This document shows positions 1 through 10,408 of a DNA stretch of 64,000 bases, one piece after another (the first letter of the stretch is position 1; each line of letters begins with the position of its first letter). The notes under the pieces were generated by a model. It saw only the letters and a program-made list of their open reading frames with translations, did no database searches and was not told the origin of the DNA. A program made the translations under genes and the position numbers. The stretch spans positions 11,189-75,188 of the forward strand of contig JAWSUI010000006.1 in assembly GCA_033551855.1 (NCBI GenBank). The letters run 5' to 3'. Source of the stretch: Deferrisomatales bacterium (lineage in GTDB: Bacteria; Desulfobacterota; Deferrisomatia; Deferrisomatales; JACRMM01).

Positions 1-65
1 CGCCCCCCCGGAGGGGCGCCCCGGGGGCGGGGCGCGGTCTCGAGCAAACAGGTTCGGGGGGGCTC

Positions 66-425
66 TCAGTCCTCCGCCTCGAAGGCGTCGCGGTACACCT
101 CGACCCGCGGCGTCCCCCCCTCGAACCAGACCGCGACAACGTCGAAGCGTTGGGCCACGTCCCCCAGGTCGTGTTGCAGGGCGTAGTACCGGGCCAGCCG
201 GGTCAAGCGCCGCCGCTTGCGCCGGTCCACCGCCTCCAGGGGGCCTCCGAAATCGTCCGAGGTGCGCGCCTTGACCTCGAGGAAGACGAGGGTCCCCCCT
301 TCCACGGCCACGCAATCCAACTCGCCCAGGCGGCACCGGTAATTGCGCGAAACCACGCGGTAGCCGAGGGCACGAAGGTGGCGCACCGCCACCTCCTCAC
401 CCAGGTCGCCCAGCTGCTTTTTCAC
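66..425 (-). CDS. yraN: YraN family (UPF0102) putative endonuclease
   Basis: C-terminal part of ORF 66..1088 (VKKQLGDLGEEVA...RNYRCRLGELDCVA...VFLEVKAR...RFDVVAV); GTG start overlaps rnhB stop (GTGA). Confidence 0.9.
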   Translation of the reverse strand: MKKQLGDLGEEVAVRHLRALGYRVVSRNYRCRLGELDCVAVEGGTLVFLEVKARTSDDFGGPLEAVDRRKRRRLTRLARYYALQHDLGDVAQRFDVVAVWFEGGTPRVEVYRDAFEAED

Positions 426-1081
426 AGGTTTCCGGGGGGGAAGAGGTCGAGCTGGGAGAGGGGCGGCGACGGGGTACACACGCCGCGAAAGGAGCGGCGG
501 TGAAGAGGGCAGGGGCCCAAGCGCCGCAGGGCTTCCCGGTGCTCGGGCGTGGGATAGCCCCGGTGTATCTCGAAGCCGTACCCCGGGTGCACGCGCCCGT
601 ATTCCTCCATCAATGCGTCTCGGTACTGCTTGGCGAGGACCGAGGCGGCGGCAATGGCGGTGGAGAGTCCGTCCCCCCCCACCACGGTCCGCTGGGGAAG
701 GGGGGAAGGGACCGGACGGTTCCCGTCCACGAGCAGGAAGTCCGGAGGCTCGGAGAGCCCGGCGACCGCCCGGCCCATGGCCAGGAGGCTGGCTTGCAGG
801 ATGTTGAGGGCATCGATCTCCGCCGGGCTCGCGACAGCGAGGGCGAAATCCACCGCAGCCGAGCGGATGGCCGGTTCCAGCCGGGCCCGGGCAGCGGGCC
901 CGAGGCGCTTGGAGTCGTCCAGGCCCGGGATCTCGGTCCCCGGGGAGAGCACCACGGCCGCCGCCACCACGGGTCCGGCCAGGGGGCCTCGGCCCACCTC
1001 GTCGAGCCCGCACACCCGGAGGTACCCCCTGGCGTGTGCCTCCTGATCCGGCCGCCCCAGGCGGCGGGACGCGCAGCCCAT
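422..1081 (-). CDS. rnhB: Ribonuclease HII
   Basis: GLDEVGRGPLAGPV, DDSKRL, IAAASVLAK, GYPT motifs; start uncertain (1081 or 1093). Confidence 0.95.
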   Translation of the reverse strand: MGCASRRLGRPDQEAHARGYLRVCGLDEVGRGPLAGPVVAAAVVLSPGTEIPGLDDSKRLGPAARARLEPAIRSAAVDFALAVASPAEIDALNILQASLLAMGRAVAGLSEPPDFLLVDGNRPVPSPLPQRTVVGGDGLSTAIAAASVLAKQYRDALMEEYGRVHPGYGFEIHRGYPTPEHREALRRLGPCPLHRRSFRGVCTPSPPLSQLDLFPPGNL

Positions 1082-1092
1082 CAAGCAACTCA

Positions 1093-1199
1093 CCTTCCTT
1101 GAAACCCCTCTCCCCCCGGGAGAGGGGCCTGGGGTGAGGGCGCCCGGCCCGCGACCGATCGGGGGTTCATCCCCCGGGGTGAGCCGAAGGGCATGGGCA
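1093..1199. repeat. ~105-bp dispersed intergenic repeat, family B copy 1 (CCCTCTCCC...GGGAGAGGG...GGGGTGAGGG REP-like hairpin)
   Basis: Closely similar copy at 7899-8005. Confidence 0.75.
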
Positions 1200-1201
1200 A
1201 C

Positions 1202-1549
1202 TCAGTCGATACGCAGTTCCTTCAGGCGGGCCGCCCGGCCCCTGAGATTGCGCAGGTAGTAGAGCTTCGCCCGGCGCACCCGGCTGTGGGCAACGATCTC
1301 GATCTTCTCGATCCGAGGGCTGTGAAGGGGAAACACCCGTTCCACCCCGACACCGAAGCTCACCTTGCGGACCGTGATCGAAGCCCGGGCCCCCCCGCGG
1401 TGCTGGGCGATGAGGACTCCCTCGAAGACCTGGGTCCGCACCTTCTCGCCCTCTTTGATCTTGTAGTGGACACGCAGCTTGTCCCCCGAGCGCAGATAGG
1501 GGATGTCCATGCGCATGTTTTCCCGTTCGATCAGATCCAGCGTATTCAT
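1202..1549 (-). CDS. rplS: 50S ribosomal protein L19
   Basis: [10 protein letters not shown]...QVFEGVLIA...[16 protein letters not shown]...[10 protein letters not shown]. Confidence 0.97.
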   Translation of the reverse strand: MNTLDLIERENMRMDIPYLRSGDKLRVHYKIKEGEKVRTQVFEGVLIAQHRGGARASITVRKVSFGVGVERVFPLHSPRIEKIEIVAHSRVRRAKLYYLRNLRGRAARLKELRID

Positions 1550-1667
1550 CGGAAACTCCTCGGTTCTTGGAACGTGTCCCCGTGGCATCTGTGGGCCCGG
1601 CAACCCAGGCCGAGAAAACTGTCCAGTGGCGTCGCGACTCCCACGGCTGCCCGGCCCTGGGGCCGGC

Positions 1668-2231
1668 CTAGTCCGGCCCCAGGAGACGGTCCACCACGAT
1701 GGACGCGGCGGAGCGCACCGAGAGATGGTTGTACCCGCCCGCGCCCCGCACGGGTTCGAGAACCCACCGGCAGGCGGCCACCGCCTCGGGCGCCAGCCCC
1801 CACCCGGTGCCGAAGACCAGGAGAGCCGGCTGCCCGCCGTCCCGCAGGAGCGCCCGTGCCTGCCGGAAGCCCAGGCGATCCGGCCCCTCCCGGGCGCTGG
1901 TTCCCAGCAGCACCGGCGGCTCTCCCCAGCGCATTTCCAGGTCCCGGGCGGCCTCCGGAAGGCTTCCCACCACCCGGAGGCTCTCGAGGGCCTCTCGGCG
2001 CCCCGGGTTGAGCTCCCCCCCCCTCCCGCCGACCCAGTGCCCCAGGAGCCTTGCCACCAAGCTTCTCTGTCCGTCCAGGGGCGTAGCCGCGTAGACCGGC
2101 CCCAGCCCATAGGTGCGCCCCAGGCGCGCGAAGTCGTGCAGGTCCAGGGTCGTAACCGCGGTGGCCACCACGGCTCCTCGCCGGTCCAAGGTCGGGTGGT
2201 GGACCAGCGCCAGGGAGACCCGCTCCCTCAC
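1668..2231 (-). CDS. SPOUT-type SAM-dependent RNA methyltransferase (trmD-associated family)
   Basis: LVHHP..DRRG...LDLHDFAR...LVFGTGWGL...YNHLSVRSA; usual position between trmD and rplS. Confidence 0.85.
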   Translation of the reverse strand: MRERVSLALVHHPTLDRRGAVVATAVTTLDLHDFARLGRTYGLGPVYAATPLDGQRSLVARLLGHWVGGRGGELNPGRREALESLRVVGSLPEAARDLEMRWGEPPVLLGTSAREGPDRLGFRQARALLRDGGQPALLVFGTGWGLAPEAVAACRWVLEPVRGAGGYNHLSVRSAASIVVDRLLGPD

Positions 2232-2962
2232 TCGGCCCCCGGGGCGCGGACCCTCGCCGCCAAGGCCCGCTCCTCGGCACTCAGATCCGCCGCTTCGAGG
2301 AGATCGGGCCGGGAACGGGCGGTGCGCACCACTGCCTCCCGACGGCGCCACGCCGCGATCTCCCCGTGGTGGCCGCCCAAGAGCACCTCCGGCACCGCCA
2401 ACCCCCGAAAGGCTCGGGGCCTGGTGTACTGGGGGTACTCGAGCAACCCCTCGGCCAGGCTCTCCTCCACGTGCGACTCCGCCGCCCCGAGCACCCCGGG
2501 CAGGAGCCGCGCCGTGGCCTCGATCACCGCCAAGGCCGCGGCCTCGCCCCCCATGAGCACGAAGTCCCCCACCGAGATCTGATCGTCGCAGAACCCTCGG
2601 ATCCGCTCGTCGAATCCCTCGTAGCGCCCGCAGATCAGCGCCACACACGTCAAGCGGGAGAGCTCCCGGGCGGTCTGCTGTCGGAAGGGCCGGCCCTGGG
2701 GGGTGAGGAGCACGATCCGGCACCCCGGCCGCGCCGCCCGAACCGCCTCGATCGCGGCCACCACCGGGCCGGGCTTCATCACCATCCCGGCGCCGCCGCC
2801 GAAGGGGTAGTCGTCTACGATCCGGTGGCGACCCTCGCCGAACTCCCGGAGGTCCACGGGGTCCACGGCAACCGCTCCCCCGTCCCGCGCCCGACCGAGG
2901 ATCCCCGCATCCAAAGGTCCCCGGAAGTACTCGGGAAACAGGGTGATCACGATGAACCTCAC
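2228..2962 (-). CDS. trmD: tRNA (guanine37-N1)-methyltransferase
   Basis: ITLFPE, VDDYPFGGGAGMVMK, CGRYEGFDER, EYPQYTRP. Confidence 0.96.
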   Translation of the reverse strand: MRFIVITLFPEYFRGPLDAGILGRARDGGAVAVDPVDLREFGEGRHRIVDDYPFGGGAGMVMKPGPVVAAIEAVRAARPGCRIVLLTPQGRPFRQQTARELSRLTCVALICGRYEGFDERIRGFCDDQISVGDFVLMGGEAAALAVIEATARLLPGVLGAAESHVEESLAEGLLEYPQYTRPRAFRGLAVPEVLLGGHHGEIAAWRRREAVVRTARSRPDLLEAADLSAEERALAARVRAPGAE

Positions 2963-3477
2963 CCCGGCAGCCCCTCCGGCACCCGCACGCGAATCAGCCC
3001 CGCTTCGAGATCCATCTCGAGCACGGTGGAGGCCAGCACGGGCAACATCCACTCCCTGCCCTGAAGGCCCGCCACTACGAGCAGATCGTGCTCCCCCGAG
3101 GAGAACACGTCGACGGCCCGACCCAACTCGGCGCCGCCCTCGTCCACGACACGGCATCCGAGCACGTCGGCGTGGTAGTACTCCCCCTCCTCCAGGGGAG
3201 GCATCTCACCCCGCTCCACGTAGACCACGGAGTGAACCAGCGCCCGGGCCCCGTCGGCGTCGCCGACACCGGCGAACCTCACCAGGAGGAAACGCCCGTG
3301 GGGGCGAGCCGATTCCACGCCCACAGGGCGCGGCTCGCCCCCACCGCGCCCCAAATACACGCGGGAATAGCCCCGAAGCCCTTCCGGGAGCCCGCTCCCC
3401 ACGTCCACCCGGACCTCCCCCCGCACGCCGTGGGGCCTTCCGACCCTGCCTACGGCAACATACGGGCTGCGAGGCAT
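2959..3477 (-). CDS. rimM: 16S rRNA processing protein RimM
   Basis: VGRVGRPHGVRGEV, EGEYYHADVLG; operon context. Confidence 0.93.
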   Translation of the reverse strand: MPRSPYVAVGRVGRPHGVRGEVRVDVGSGLPEGLRGYSRVYLGRGGGEPRPVGVESARPHGRFLLVRFAGVGDADGARALVHSVVYVERGEMPPLEEGEYYHADVLGCRVVDEGGAELGRAVDVFSSGEHDLLVVAGLQGREWMLPVLASTVLEMDLEAGLIRVRVPEGLPG

Positions 3478-3497
3478 CGAGCGTCAGACTGAGCGTC

Positions 3498-3761
3498 TCA
3501 GTCCTTGGCCTGCGCCTTCGCCCAGACGCCCGACTTCCGCAACAGGCTGCGCACCGTGTCGGAGGGCTGTGCCCCCTTGCCGAGCCAATCGAGCACCCGG
3601 TCCTCCTTCACGGTGATGGTCGCCGGCTCGGTCAGCGGGTTGTAGGTGCCCAGAACCTCCAGGAACCGCCCGTCCCGAGGCGCCTCCGAAGCGGCGGCTA
3701 CGATCCGGTAAAAGGGTTGCTTCTTGGCCCCGTGGCGAGCCAGCCTGATCCTCACAGCCAT
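3498..3761 (-). CDS. rpsP: 30S ribosomal protein S16
   Basis: [23 protein letters not shown]...[14 protein letters not shown]. Confidence 0.97.
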   Translation of the reverse strand: MAVRIRLARHGAKKQPFYRIVAAASEAPRDGRFLEVLGTYNPLTEPATITVKEDRVLDWLGKGAQPSDTVRSLLRKSGVWAKAQAKD

Positions 3762-3828
3762 GTACGTGCCTCCGAACAGGTGGTAGCGATCCTCTCGTGT
3801 CGGGCCCCGGAGAGCCCGTGCCTCCCGG

Positions 3829-5202
3829 TCAGCGGGAGAACGGCAGCTGGCCGAGGCCCCTGCCCATAAGTCTTGTCATCTTGCCCATCGCACCGCCCCG
3901 GCGCCCACCCCCGAGCTGGTTCATCCGTGCGAGCATCTTGCGCGCCTCCTGATAGCGCTTCATCAGGCGGTTGATGTCCTCGACCCGCGTGCCGCTGCCG
4001 GTGGCAATGCGGCGCCGGCGGCTCGCGTTGAGGACCTCGGGCTTGCGTCGTTCCAGAGGCGTCATGCTGTCGATGATCGCGATCACCCGGGTCAACTCCC
4101 CCTCGTCCGGCTTGGCCCCCTTGAGGGCTCCGCCCACGCCCGGCACCATTTTCAGCAGGTCCTCCATGCCGCCCAACTTGCGGACCATCCGGAGTTGGTC
4201 CCGGAAGTCCTCCAGTGTGAACGCGTTCTTCCGGAGCTTCTTCTCCAGGTCCTGCGCAGTCTCCTGGTCGAAGGCCGCCTCGGCCTTCTCGATCAGGCTC
4301 ATGACGTCGCCCATGCCGAGGATCCGCGACGCCATTCGCTCGGGGTGAAAGACCTCCAGGGCCTGGAGCTTCTCCCCCACACCCACGAGCTTGACCGGTT
4401 TGCGGATGACCGACTGGATCGAGAGCGCCGCCCCGCCGCGGGCGTCGCCGTCCAGCTTGGTGAGCACGACCCCCGTGATCCCCAAGGCGGCGTCGAACTC
4501 CCGGGCCACGTTGACCGCATCCTGGCCGGTCATGGCGTCGGCAACCAGGAGGGTCTCCCGGGGTTCCAGGAGGGCCGAGAGGCGACGGAGCTCCTCCATC
4601 AGGACCGCGTCCACGTGGAGCCGTCCGGCGGTGTCGAAGACGACCACGTCGCAGCCGGACCGGCGGGCCTCTTCCCGTGCGTCCCGGCAGATGTCCACGG
4701 GGTCCCGGTACGGATCGGAGTCGAAGACCGGCAGATCCAGCTCGCCGGCCAGCTTCTTCAGCTGCGCGACCGCAGCCGGGCGGTACACGTCGGCCGGCAC
4801 GAGGTACGGGCGGCGCTTCAGGTCCCGCTTGAGGTGCAGGGCGAGCTTGCCGGCCGTGGTGGTCTTGCCCGAGCCTTGGAGCCCCACCAGGAGCACCGAC
4901 ACCGGCGGGGTGCCCTTCAGGTCCAGCGGTGAAAAGTGCTCGCCCATCATCCGGACGAGCTCCTCGTGGACGATTTTCACCACCATCTGCCCCGGGGTGA
5001 GGCTCTTCATGACCTCCTGCCCCAGGGACCGAACCTTCACCGCCTCGACGAAGCCCTTGACGACCTTGTAGTGGACGTCGGCCTCCAGCAGGGCGAGGCG
5101 CACCTCCCGCATGGCCGCCTCGACGTCCCGCTCGCCCAGGCGGCCCTTGGACCGCAGGGCGCCGAAGACGCCAGCCAGCTTTTCGGTAAGGCTTTCGAAC
5201 AT
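3829..5202 (-). CDS. ffh: Signal recognition particle protein
   Basis: [24 protein letters not shown], Met-rich M domain. Confidence 0.97.
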   Translation of the reverse strand: MFESLTEKLAGVFGALRSKGRLGERDVEAAMREVRLALLEADVHYKVVKGFVEAVKVRSLGQEVMKSLTPGQMVVKIVHEELVRMMGEHFSPLDLKGTPPVSVLLVGLQGSGKTTTAGKLALHLKRDLKRRPYLVPADVYRPAAVAQLKKLAGELDLPVFDSDPYRDPVDICRDAREEARRSGCDVVVFDTAGRLHVDAVLMEELRRLSALLEPRETLLVADAMTGQDAVNVAREFDAALGITGVVLTKLDGDARGGAALSIQSVIRKPVKLVGVGEKLQALEVFHPERMASRILGMGDVMSLIEKAEAAFDQETAQDLEKKLRKNAFTLEDFRDQLRMVRKLGGMEDLLKMVPGVGGALKGAKPDEGELTRVIAIIDSMTPLERRKPEVLNASRRRRIATGSGTRVEDINRLMKRYQEARKMLARMNQLGGGRRGGAMGKMTRLMGRGLGQLPFSR

Positions 5203-5300
5203 GTACGAGACCCCCGCCCGGGCGCTGCGCGCAGGGCGTCCCCGAGAAATTCGGAAACGCAGACTATAAGGAAGGGGTCTTCAAGGTGTCAAGGGGAAAG

Positions 5301-5509
5301 CCCAGAATCCACTGGCTGCCACGTCCTCGGAGCCGGGGAGTCCCTCCGCTCCGCCCCGCAATCCGCAGCCATTCGAAGAGGTGTCCCCGTAGGTTCCGGT
5401 GCGCCGGCCTTCACCCGTTCCCGACGGGCTCGGCGGCCCGGTCGAGGCAGTGCGGGGCTGCGCTCCAAGGCTCCCCGGCCCCGTTCGGATATCTGGTGGT
5501 GGATTTGGG
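5301..5509. mobile_element. ~205-bp MITE-like dispersed element, family A (diverged copy)
   Basis: Reverse-complement similarity to 8036-8241; terminal inverted ATCCAC...GTGGAT. Confidence 0.7.
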
Positions 5510-5544
5510 CCGCCCCGTGCGGGAACAGATAGACGATCCGGGGT

Positions 5545-5700
5545 TGTAGCACATGATCGGTCCGGTTCATGAAGGCTCTGCGGAGGAGCCGACAGGAGAC
5601 GGACGGAATGGCTGCAGGAGACGCGCCAGATGGGATTCGAGGAAGCGTGCCAAGGGTGGCAAGCACGCCGGCTGACGCAGGAGGGGGCGGGACGGCGGGT
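5545..5700 (+). pseudogene. Remnant of the 5' end of an ISNCY-type transposase
   Basis: Frame reads RRRTEWLQETRQMGFEEACQGWQARRLTQEGA after a GGAGGAG RBS, matching from memory the N-terminus of ISNCY transposases; the start codon appears mutated and the rest is missing. Confidence 0.6.
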
Positions 5701-5902
5701 GCGACGTCGGATGCCTCGAAGCGGTGCGGCCGTTGTGTCTCTTGCGCCTCACCTCACTGGCTTCCCCCACGCTCAGCGGCCCGGCCGAGGGGCCGCGGAG
5801 CAGCGCTCCGGGTCCTTCGGACCCTGCCCCACGACCCGTCGGGTGTGGGCGCCCCGCCGCAGCAATACGGAACAGCGTTCCAGGTCCCGGTCGCCCTCAC
5901 CC

Positions 5903-6955
5903 TCAGCGGCCCGCCACCGCGGCGGGGGTGGCGGCCACGAAGCGGTCTCCGGCCTCCAGAGCCGCGCGGCTGTCGAGGATCAGACTCGTGGCCGTGGCAT
6001 CCTCCACGGCGACCACCAGCAGCCGCGCGAGAGGCGTGCGAAGGTCCACCAACCCCTGGGCTTCGCGTCTCCCCTTGCGGACCGGGATCTCCAGCGTCGC
6101 ACCGGGTTCGAGCCCGTGGCTCGCCCCGCGGTCCAGAAAGACCACGTCGTCGGAGGCGAAGTTGATCTGGCCGGGTGCCCCCCGGAGGATCAGCCCCTCC
6201 AGACCCGGTCGGGCTGCGTGGGGTCGGAGCTCTCCCACCGGGCCCCTGTAGGCCACGACCCCGTCGCCGTCCTCCACGGCGTCGTAGGCCTCCCAAAGCC
6301 AGCCGATCGCTCGCCCCTCCTCGACGCTCACCACCTCCAACTGGCCGAGAACCCGGACGAAATACCCGTCGGGTCTTCCCGTGACGGGGTGCAGCACCCG
6401 CTCGGAGTCATCGACGAGGGTGAGGCGCTCACCGGGCTGCAGCGAGACGCCGGGGGCAAGGGCGAGCTCCACGTCCTCACCGGTCGCGTAGGCCACCTTG
6501 ATCTGATAATGGTTGTCCACCGTGCCCAGCCTCTCCAGCGGGCGCGGGGAAATGAAGTCCAGCCCCCTGCCCCGGGCAACGGAGACCGCGAAACCGTCCC
6601 CACTCCCGTCCCCGTCCTCGCCCGTGGGGCGACCTCGGGCTTCGGCGGCCGGGGCGCCAGGCTCCAGGCGCTGCCAGGGCAGGTACACGAGCCGGTCCTC
6701 GGCCGGGACCCCGGCCTCCACACCACCTCGCCCCAGGAAGATCGGGTCGCCGGGGAAGATGATGTGGGGGTTTCGAAAGTGGGGGTTGAGAGCCCACAGC
6801 TCGGGCCAGGTCCAAGGGTCCTCCCAATAATGGCCGGACAGGTCCCAAAGGGTATCCCCTCGAACCACCCGGTGGTCCGCCTCCTGCCCAGCCGGGGCAG
6901 GGATTGCCGTCCACAGGGCCACGACTCCCACCAGCACCGCGCTCGCTCTTCGCAC
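5903..6955 (-). CDS. LysM peptidoglycan-binding domain protein
   Basis: Signal peptide then HRVVRGDTLWDLSGHYWEDPWTWPELWALNPHFRNPHIIFPGD. Confidence 0.88.
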   Translation of the reverse strand: MRRASAVLVGVVALWTAIPAPAGQEADHRVVRGDTLWDLSGHYWEDPWTWPELWALNPHFRNPHIIFPGDPIFLGRGGVEAGVPAEDRLVYLPWQRLEPGAPAAEARGRPTGEDGDGSGDGFAVSVARGRGLDFISPRPLERLGTVDNHYQIKVAYATGEDVELALAPGVSLQPGERLTLVDDSERVLHPVTGRPDGYFVRVLGQLEVVSVEEGRAIGWLWEAYDAVEDGDGVVAYRGPVGELRPHAARPGLEGLILRGAPGQINFASDDVVFLDRGASHGLEPGATLEIPVRKGRREAQGLVDLRTPLARLLVVAVEDATATSLILDSRAALEAGDRFVAATPAAVAGR

Positions 6956-6975
6956 GCCAACCTCCCGTGCCCTGC

Positions 6976-7674
6976 TCAGGGCTGACTTTCCAGGAGCCGC
7001 CGGGCCTGGGCGGCTGCTTCGCTCCGGGAGTGCTCCGTGACGAGCCGCCGCAGAAACACGGCTCCCAGCTCCGCCTCCCCCAATTCCCGATAGGCCAATC
7101 CGATCTTGTACAGGGCATCCGGGACCCGGCCCCGCCGGGGATAGTCCTCTACCACCCTGTGGAACTCCACGACCGAGCGCTCGTAGTCCCCCTCGGCGAA
7201 ATACGCCTCTCCTACCCAGTACTGGGCGCTGTCGGCATACTCGTGCCCCGGGTTTCGGGCCAGGAACTCACGGAAGTCGGCGATTGCCTGCCCGTAGCTC
7301 CCCTCGCGGAAGGCGTTGAAGGCGCGCCGGTACAGATCTGCCTCCGGGGACGCCGTGCGCAGGGCCTCTCGGGGGCCCTCGTCCGGCGCCAACGGGGGCA
7401 ACGGCAGGGGGACCACCCGCAGGGGCTCGGGAGGCGGCAGCTCCTCCCGGGCAGGTCCAGGCGCCGCCCGCGCAGCCTCCTGCGCCTCCACCCGCTCTCG
7501 CAGGGCAAGGAGCTGCAACGTCACCTCGTCGAGGCGAAGCTCCAGCCGGCTGACCGCTTGGTGAAGCTCTGCCGGAACGGGACCGGGCTCCGTCGGCCTC
7601 ACCTGGGACGCGGGCCCTGCGCAACCTGCGAGAAAGAGCGACCCAGCGGCCCCGAACAGCACGTGCCGACGCAT
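6976..7674 (-). CDS. cpoB: Tol-Pal system protein YbgF/CpoB-like TPR lipoprotein
   Basis: Lipobox LAGC, coiled coil, C-terminal TPRs (AQYWVGEAY...DALYKIG). Confidence 0.8.
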   Translation of the reverse strand: MRRHVLFGAAGSLFLAGCAGPASQVRPTEPGPVPAELHQAVSRLELRLDEVTLQLLALRERVEAQEAARAAPGPAREELPPPEPLRVVPLPLPPLAPDEGPREALRTASPEADLYRRAFNAFREGSYGQAIADFREFLARNPGHEYADSAQYWVGEAYFAEGDYERSVVEFHRVVEDYPRRGRVPDALYKIGLAYRELGEAELGAVFLRRLVTEHSRSEAAAQARRLLESQP

Positions 7675-7898
7675 CTCTGACTCCTGGCATGTACGGTCAA
7701 AAGCGCACCGTACCTTACCATTTGGGCGTCTCTCGTCAAGAGGCACCGCAGTTCGGCTGGCGTATCGGCACGAAGGGCCGCCGAGTTTAACGCCGTCACC
7801 GTCATCCGACCGGGGTGCCGGTGCACCGCACGGCCACCGGAGTCACGGACCGGCCCAGGAAAGCCCGGGACGTGTCGGGGTACCGATAAAGAAACCCT

Positions 7899-8005
7899 CC
7901 TTCCTTGAATCACCTCTCCCCCCGGGAGGGGGGCCTGGGGTGAGGGCGACACTCCCGCGACCGGTCGGCGTTTCATCCCTCGGGGTGACCCGAAGGTCAT
8001 GGGCA
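7899..8005. repeat. ~105-bp dispersed repeat, family B copy 2
   Basis: Similar to 1093-1199. Confidence 0.75.
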
Positions 8006-8028
8006 GGCAAATCTGTCGGTTGGACCCT

Positions 8029-8452
8029 GGCGGACCAGAATCCACCACCACATTGCGGGGCGGAGTCCGGGAGCCCAGGAGTGCAGCCCCGCACCGCCTC
8101 CACCGAGTCGATGAGGCCGGCGCAAGCGGGTGAAGCCCGACGCACCGCGGACTGCTGCGACACCTCTTCGAATGGCCGCGGATTGCGGGGCGAAACGCAG
8201 GGGGTCGCGGACTCCGCTCGCCGACCAGCCGGTGGATCCCCGGCGGACCAGAATCCACCACCACATTGCGGGGCGGAGTCCGGGAGCCCAGGAGTGCAGC
8301 CCCGCACCGCCTCCACCGAGTCGATGAGGCCGGCGCAAGCGGGTGAAGCCCGACGCACCGCGGACTGCTGCGACACCTCTTCGAATGGCCGCGGATTGCG
8401 GGGCGAAACGCAGGGGGTCGCGGACTCCGCTCGCCGACCAGCCGGTGGATCC
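8029..8452. repeat. Tandem duplication (213-bp period, two apparently identical units) of the family A MITE-like element
   Basis: GAATCCACCACC begins at 8038 and 8251; overlapping ORF translations repeat a 71-aa block. Confidence 0.9.
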
Positions 8453-8563
8453 AGGCGGAGGGGACCCTTGATCCCCCCGGGACGCTGTGCTAGCGTCCGA
8501 TCCCTTCCCCGCAAAGCAGAGGTTGCAGGCCTTGTGTTCCCGAGGCGGCCCGAGGAGGCTCCG

Positions 8564-8854
8564 ATGAAGATCGGCAAGGACGAGGTGCTGCGCGTGGCCT
8601 CCCTGGCCCGGCTCACCTTCGCCGACGAAGAGGTCGGCGCGCTGGCAGAGCAACTCTCGTGCGTCCTGGACTACGTGGACAAGCTCGGCGAGCTCGATCT
8701 CGAGGGCGTCGAGCCCATGGCCCACGTCCTGGAGCGGGAAACCCCCCTGCGGGAGGACTGCGTCCGGCCCTCCCTGCCCCAGCGGGCGGCCCTCGCCAAC
8801 GCCCCGGCGGTGGAGCAGGGCTGCTTCCGGGTGCCCAAGGTCATCGAGGCATGA
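8564..8854 (+). CDS. gatC: Asp/Glu-tRNA amidotransferase subunit C
   Basis: EVLRVASLARL...NAP...FRVPKVIE. Confidence 0.93.
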   Translation: MKIGKDEVLRVASLARLTFADEEVGALAEQLSCVLDYVDKLGELDLEGVEPMAHVLERETPLREDCVRPSLPQRAALANAPAVEQGCFRVPKVIEA

Positions 8855-8940
8855 GGAAGCACGGGGAGGAGACCGCGGCGCTCCGCCCGCGCGGCGGGGC
8901 GACGCCCGGACCCTGAGCAGGAAGGCAGCAGGAGCGCGCC

Positions 8941-10398
8941 ATGGAACTCGTCTCGAAGACCGCCCGAGAGCTGCGCCTTCTGCTGGACCGGCGGGAGGTC
9001 AGCAGCGAAGAGCTCACGCGGGAGTACCTGGAGCGCGTCGAGGTTCTCAATCCCCGGATCGGCGCGTATCTCACCCCGACGCCCGAACTGGCGCTGGACC
9101 AAGCCCGGGCAGCGGATGAGGCGATCCGTGGACGCCGGGCGGGCCCCCTGACGGGCATCCCCGTCGCGCTGAAAGACCTCCTGTGTACCCACGGCGTTCG
9201 CACCACCTGCGGATCGAGGATCCTGGAGGGTTTTGTGCCGCCCTACGATGCCACCGCGGTGGACCGGCTCAAGACGGCCGGCGCAGTGGTCCTGGGGAAG
9301 CTCAACATGGACGAGTTCGCCATGGGCTCCTCCAACGAGAATTCGGCTTACGGACCGGTTCGCAACCCCTGGGATTTCGACCGGGTCCCGGGCGGCTCCA
9401 GCGGCGGCAGCGCCGCCGCTGTGGCGGCGCGCCTCGCGGTGGCAACCCTGGGCTCCGACACGGGGGGCTCCATCCGCCAGCCCGCCGCGTGCTGCGGGGT
9501 GGTCGGCCTCAAGCCCACCTACGGGAGGGTGAGCCGATACGGTCTCGTGGCGTTCGCCTCGAGCCTCGACCAGATCGGCCCCTTCACCCGGGACGTGGCG
9601 GACGCGGCCCTGGTCCTGGGGGTCATCGCGGGCTATGACCCCCGGGATTCCACCAGCGCCGACGAGCCGGTGCCCGACTACGTGGGGGCGCTTGCAGCCG
9701 GAGCCAACGGGCTGCGGATCGGCGTCCCCAGGGAATACTTCGTGGAGGGAACCGATCCCGAGGTGGAGGCTGCGGTCCGGCGGGCCATCGAGGTCTACCG
9801 GGACCTCGGGGCCGAGGTCAGGGAAGTGAGACTGCCCCACACCGAGTACGCGACCTCCGCGTACTACCTGATTGCCACGGCCGAGGCGAGCTCGAACCTT
9901 GCACGCTACGACGGGGTGAAGTACGGCCTCCGGGTCGAGGCGGGGGACCTGTTGGATACCTACCGAGCCACCCGGGCGGCCGGCTTCGGACCCGAGGTGA
10001 AACGCCGCATCATGCTGGGCACCTACGCCCTCTCGGCCGGGTACTACGACGCCTACTACCGCCGGGCGCAGAAGGTCCGGTCTCTCATCGCCCGGGACTT
10101 CCGCGAGGCCTTCTCGCAAGTGGACGTCATCGCCTGTCCCACCACGCCCACCCCCGCCTTCCGCCTCGGGGAAAAGATCGAAGACCCTCTGCAGATGTAC
10201 CTCTCCGACATCTTCACGAACCCTTGCAACCTGGCCGGGATCCCCGGGATCTCCCTGCCCTGCGGGTTCTCCCGGGGTGGGCTTCCGATCGGTCTGCAAC
10301 TCCTGGCGGCACCCTTCGCCGAGCAGACCCTGCTCGCCGCCGCCTGGGCCTACGAACAGGCCGCCGGCCACCCCAACCGCTCGCCCGAGCTGACCTGA
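8941..10398 (+). CDS. gatA: Asp/Glu-tRNA amidotransferase subunit A
   Basis: Amidase signature [35 protein letters not shown]. Confidence 0.97.
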   Translation: MELVSKTARELRLLLDRREVSSEELTREYLERVEVLNPRIGAYLTPTPELALDQARAADEAIRGRRAGPLTGIPVALKDLLCTHGVRTTCGSRILEGFVPPYDATAVDRLKTAGAVVLGKLNMDEFAMGSSNENSAYGPVRNPWDFDRVPGGSSGGSAAAVAARLAVATLGSDTGGSIRQPAACCGVVGLKPTYGRVSRYGLVAFASSLDQIGPFTRDVADAALVLGVIAGYDPRDSTSADEPVPDYVGALAAGANGLRIGVPREYFVEGTDPEVEAAVRRAIEVYRDLGAEVREVRLPHTEYATSAYYLIATAEASSNLARYDGVKYGLRVEAGDLLDTYRATRAAGFGPEVKRRIMLGTYALSAGYYDAYYRRAQKVRSLIARDFREAFSQVDVIACPTTPTPAFRLGEKIEDPLQMYLSDIFTNPCNLAGIPGISLPCGFSRGGLPIGLQLLAAPFAEQTLLAAAWAYEQAAGHPNRSPELT

Positions 10399-10408
10399 GG
10401 AGAGCTCC

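Noticed and set aside
8029..8452. CRISPR array or repeat-protein gene
   Set aside because: Two 213-bp units with no spacers and no cas genes; the unit occurs dispersed elsewhere
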